From the NCBI GenBank assembly GCA_043732345.1, contig JAYTHS010000048.1, positions 1-44,046 of the forward strand: a DNA stretch of 44,046 bases, given 5' to 3'. The notes below the pieces were generated by a model. It saw only the letters and a list, made by a program, of their open reading frames with translations, made no database searches and was not told the origin of the DNA. The DNA is from Frankiales bacterium. GTDB lineage: Bacteria > Actinomycetota > Actinomycetes > Mycobacteriales > SCTD01. The position numbers were made by a program, and so were the translations under genes. Below are positions 43,625 through 44,046 of the stretch, in pieces; position 1 is the stretch's first letter; the number at the start of each line of letters is the position of its first letter.

Positions 43625-43642
43625 CCGATGAGCGGTCAGCGA
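43625..43642 (+). terminator. Small hairpin 15 nt after the rsgA stop (7-bp stem, 4-nt loop, no U-tract)
   Basis: GGTCAGC (43625-43631) pairs with GCTGACC (43636-43642). Confidence 0.25.
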
Positions 43643-43729
43643 GTGCTGACCCTGCCCGAGGCTTGCGCACTGACTGGCGCTTACGCCTGCGCCTGCGCCG
43701 GGCCGCGGCACGGCCCTGTCGGTTGTGGT

Positions 43730-44046
43730 TCAGGCGGCGTGGGTGGTGAGCCAGGGGACGTGCAGGTCGGTGAGGGCCAGGCGTCCGCGGTGCCACAGGA
43801 CGTGGTGGCGTCTGCATAGGAGCACGAGGTTGCACAAGTCAAAGTTGAGATACCTCATGCAGACCGCACGACCGCTCCAGTGACCTTCGCTGGTGTCACC
43901 TGAAGTGGTGACCGTTCGACTCCGTTGTTCGTGGAGGTCATCAGTGAGCCCGCACAACGCGGGGACGTCCCTCCGCTACGTGAGCCTTCGTGTCACCGTC
44001 CGCTCCGACCAACATTGTCTTGCACGGGTTGCTGGCCGAGTTCGGG
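43730..44046 (-). pseudogene. Decayed DUF222/HNH-endonuclease relic (13E12-type), running off the right edge
   Basis: The C-terminus FDLCNLVLLCRRHHVLWHRG matches the TDLDNLVLLCRRHH..H motif. Upstream, the expected CxxHHxxHWxxGG reads GDTSEGHWSGR with a short insertion. The further-upstream similarity (GRPRVVRAH) lies in another frame and is followed by stops. Confidence 0.55.

Noticed and set aside
43944-44046. Plus-strand open frame starting GTG 43944 after GGAGG (VSPHNAGTSLRYVSLRVTVRSDQH...), considered as the start of a transposase or IS at the right edge.
   Set aside because: I recognise no family match. The same DNA is better explained as the decayed upstream part of the minus-strand DUF222/HNH relic.

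Overview
High-GC (about 70%+) actinobacterial chromosomal DNA, densely coding on both strands. From about 6.5 kb onward it is a conserved core block. It includes kgd; a rhomboid/oxidoreductase/malic-enzyme operon; a polar amino-acid ABC transporter; sodX-sodN (Ni-SOD); and an RsbW-like anti-sigma plus SigB-type sigma pair. It continues with whiB1, pdtaS, bioD-bioB-bioA, tag, pilT, pepP, galE, rshA-sigH, an SRAP peptidase, aroA and rsgA. This order resembles the Mycobacterium whiB1-to-rsgA region and the Streptomyces sigR-to-sodN region (from memory, not searched). The left 6.5 kb looks accessory and partly decayed: an IS66 transposase tail, ygiD, a frameshifted MarR gene, a PEP-mutase-family gene, a truncated SRPBCC ORF, an SDR, vapBC and an orphan arcC. 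The right edge carries a decayed DUF222/HNH relic. I found no tRNA, rRNA or CRISPR array, and no convincing new multi-gene system such as a defence island. The more unusual observations are small-scale. (1) The ribosomal micro-protein bL37 is encoded in frame, with its own SD, inside the 3' end of a DUF5317 membrane-protein ORF. (2) Several short tandem repeat arrays lie in intergenic or 5'-coding DNA, two of them G-rich with G-quadruplex potential. (3) sigH has a long/short dual-start architecture. (4) There are back-to-back promoters that look leaderless. (5) Several enzyme-like proteins look catalytically degenerate or carry fusions. Many long ORFs in the track are antisense shadows of real genes. 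All coordinates and motifs were read by eye and all homology calls are from memory, so start codons and regulatory sites are provisional.
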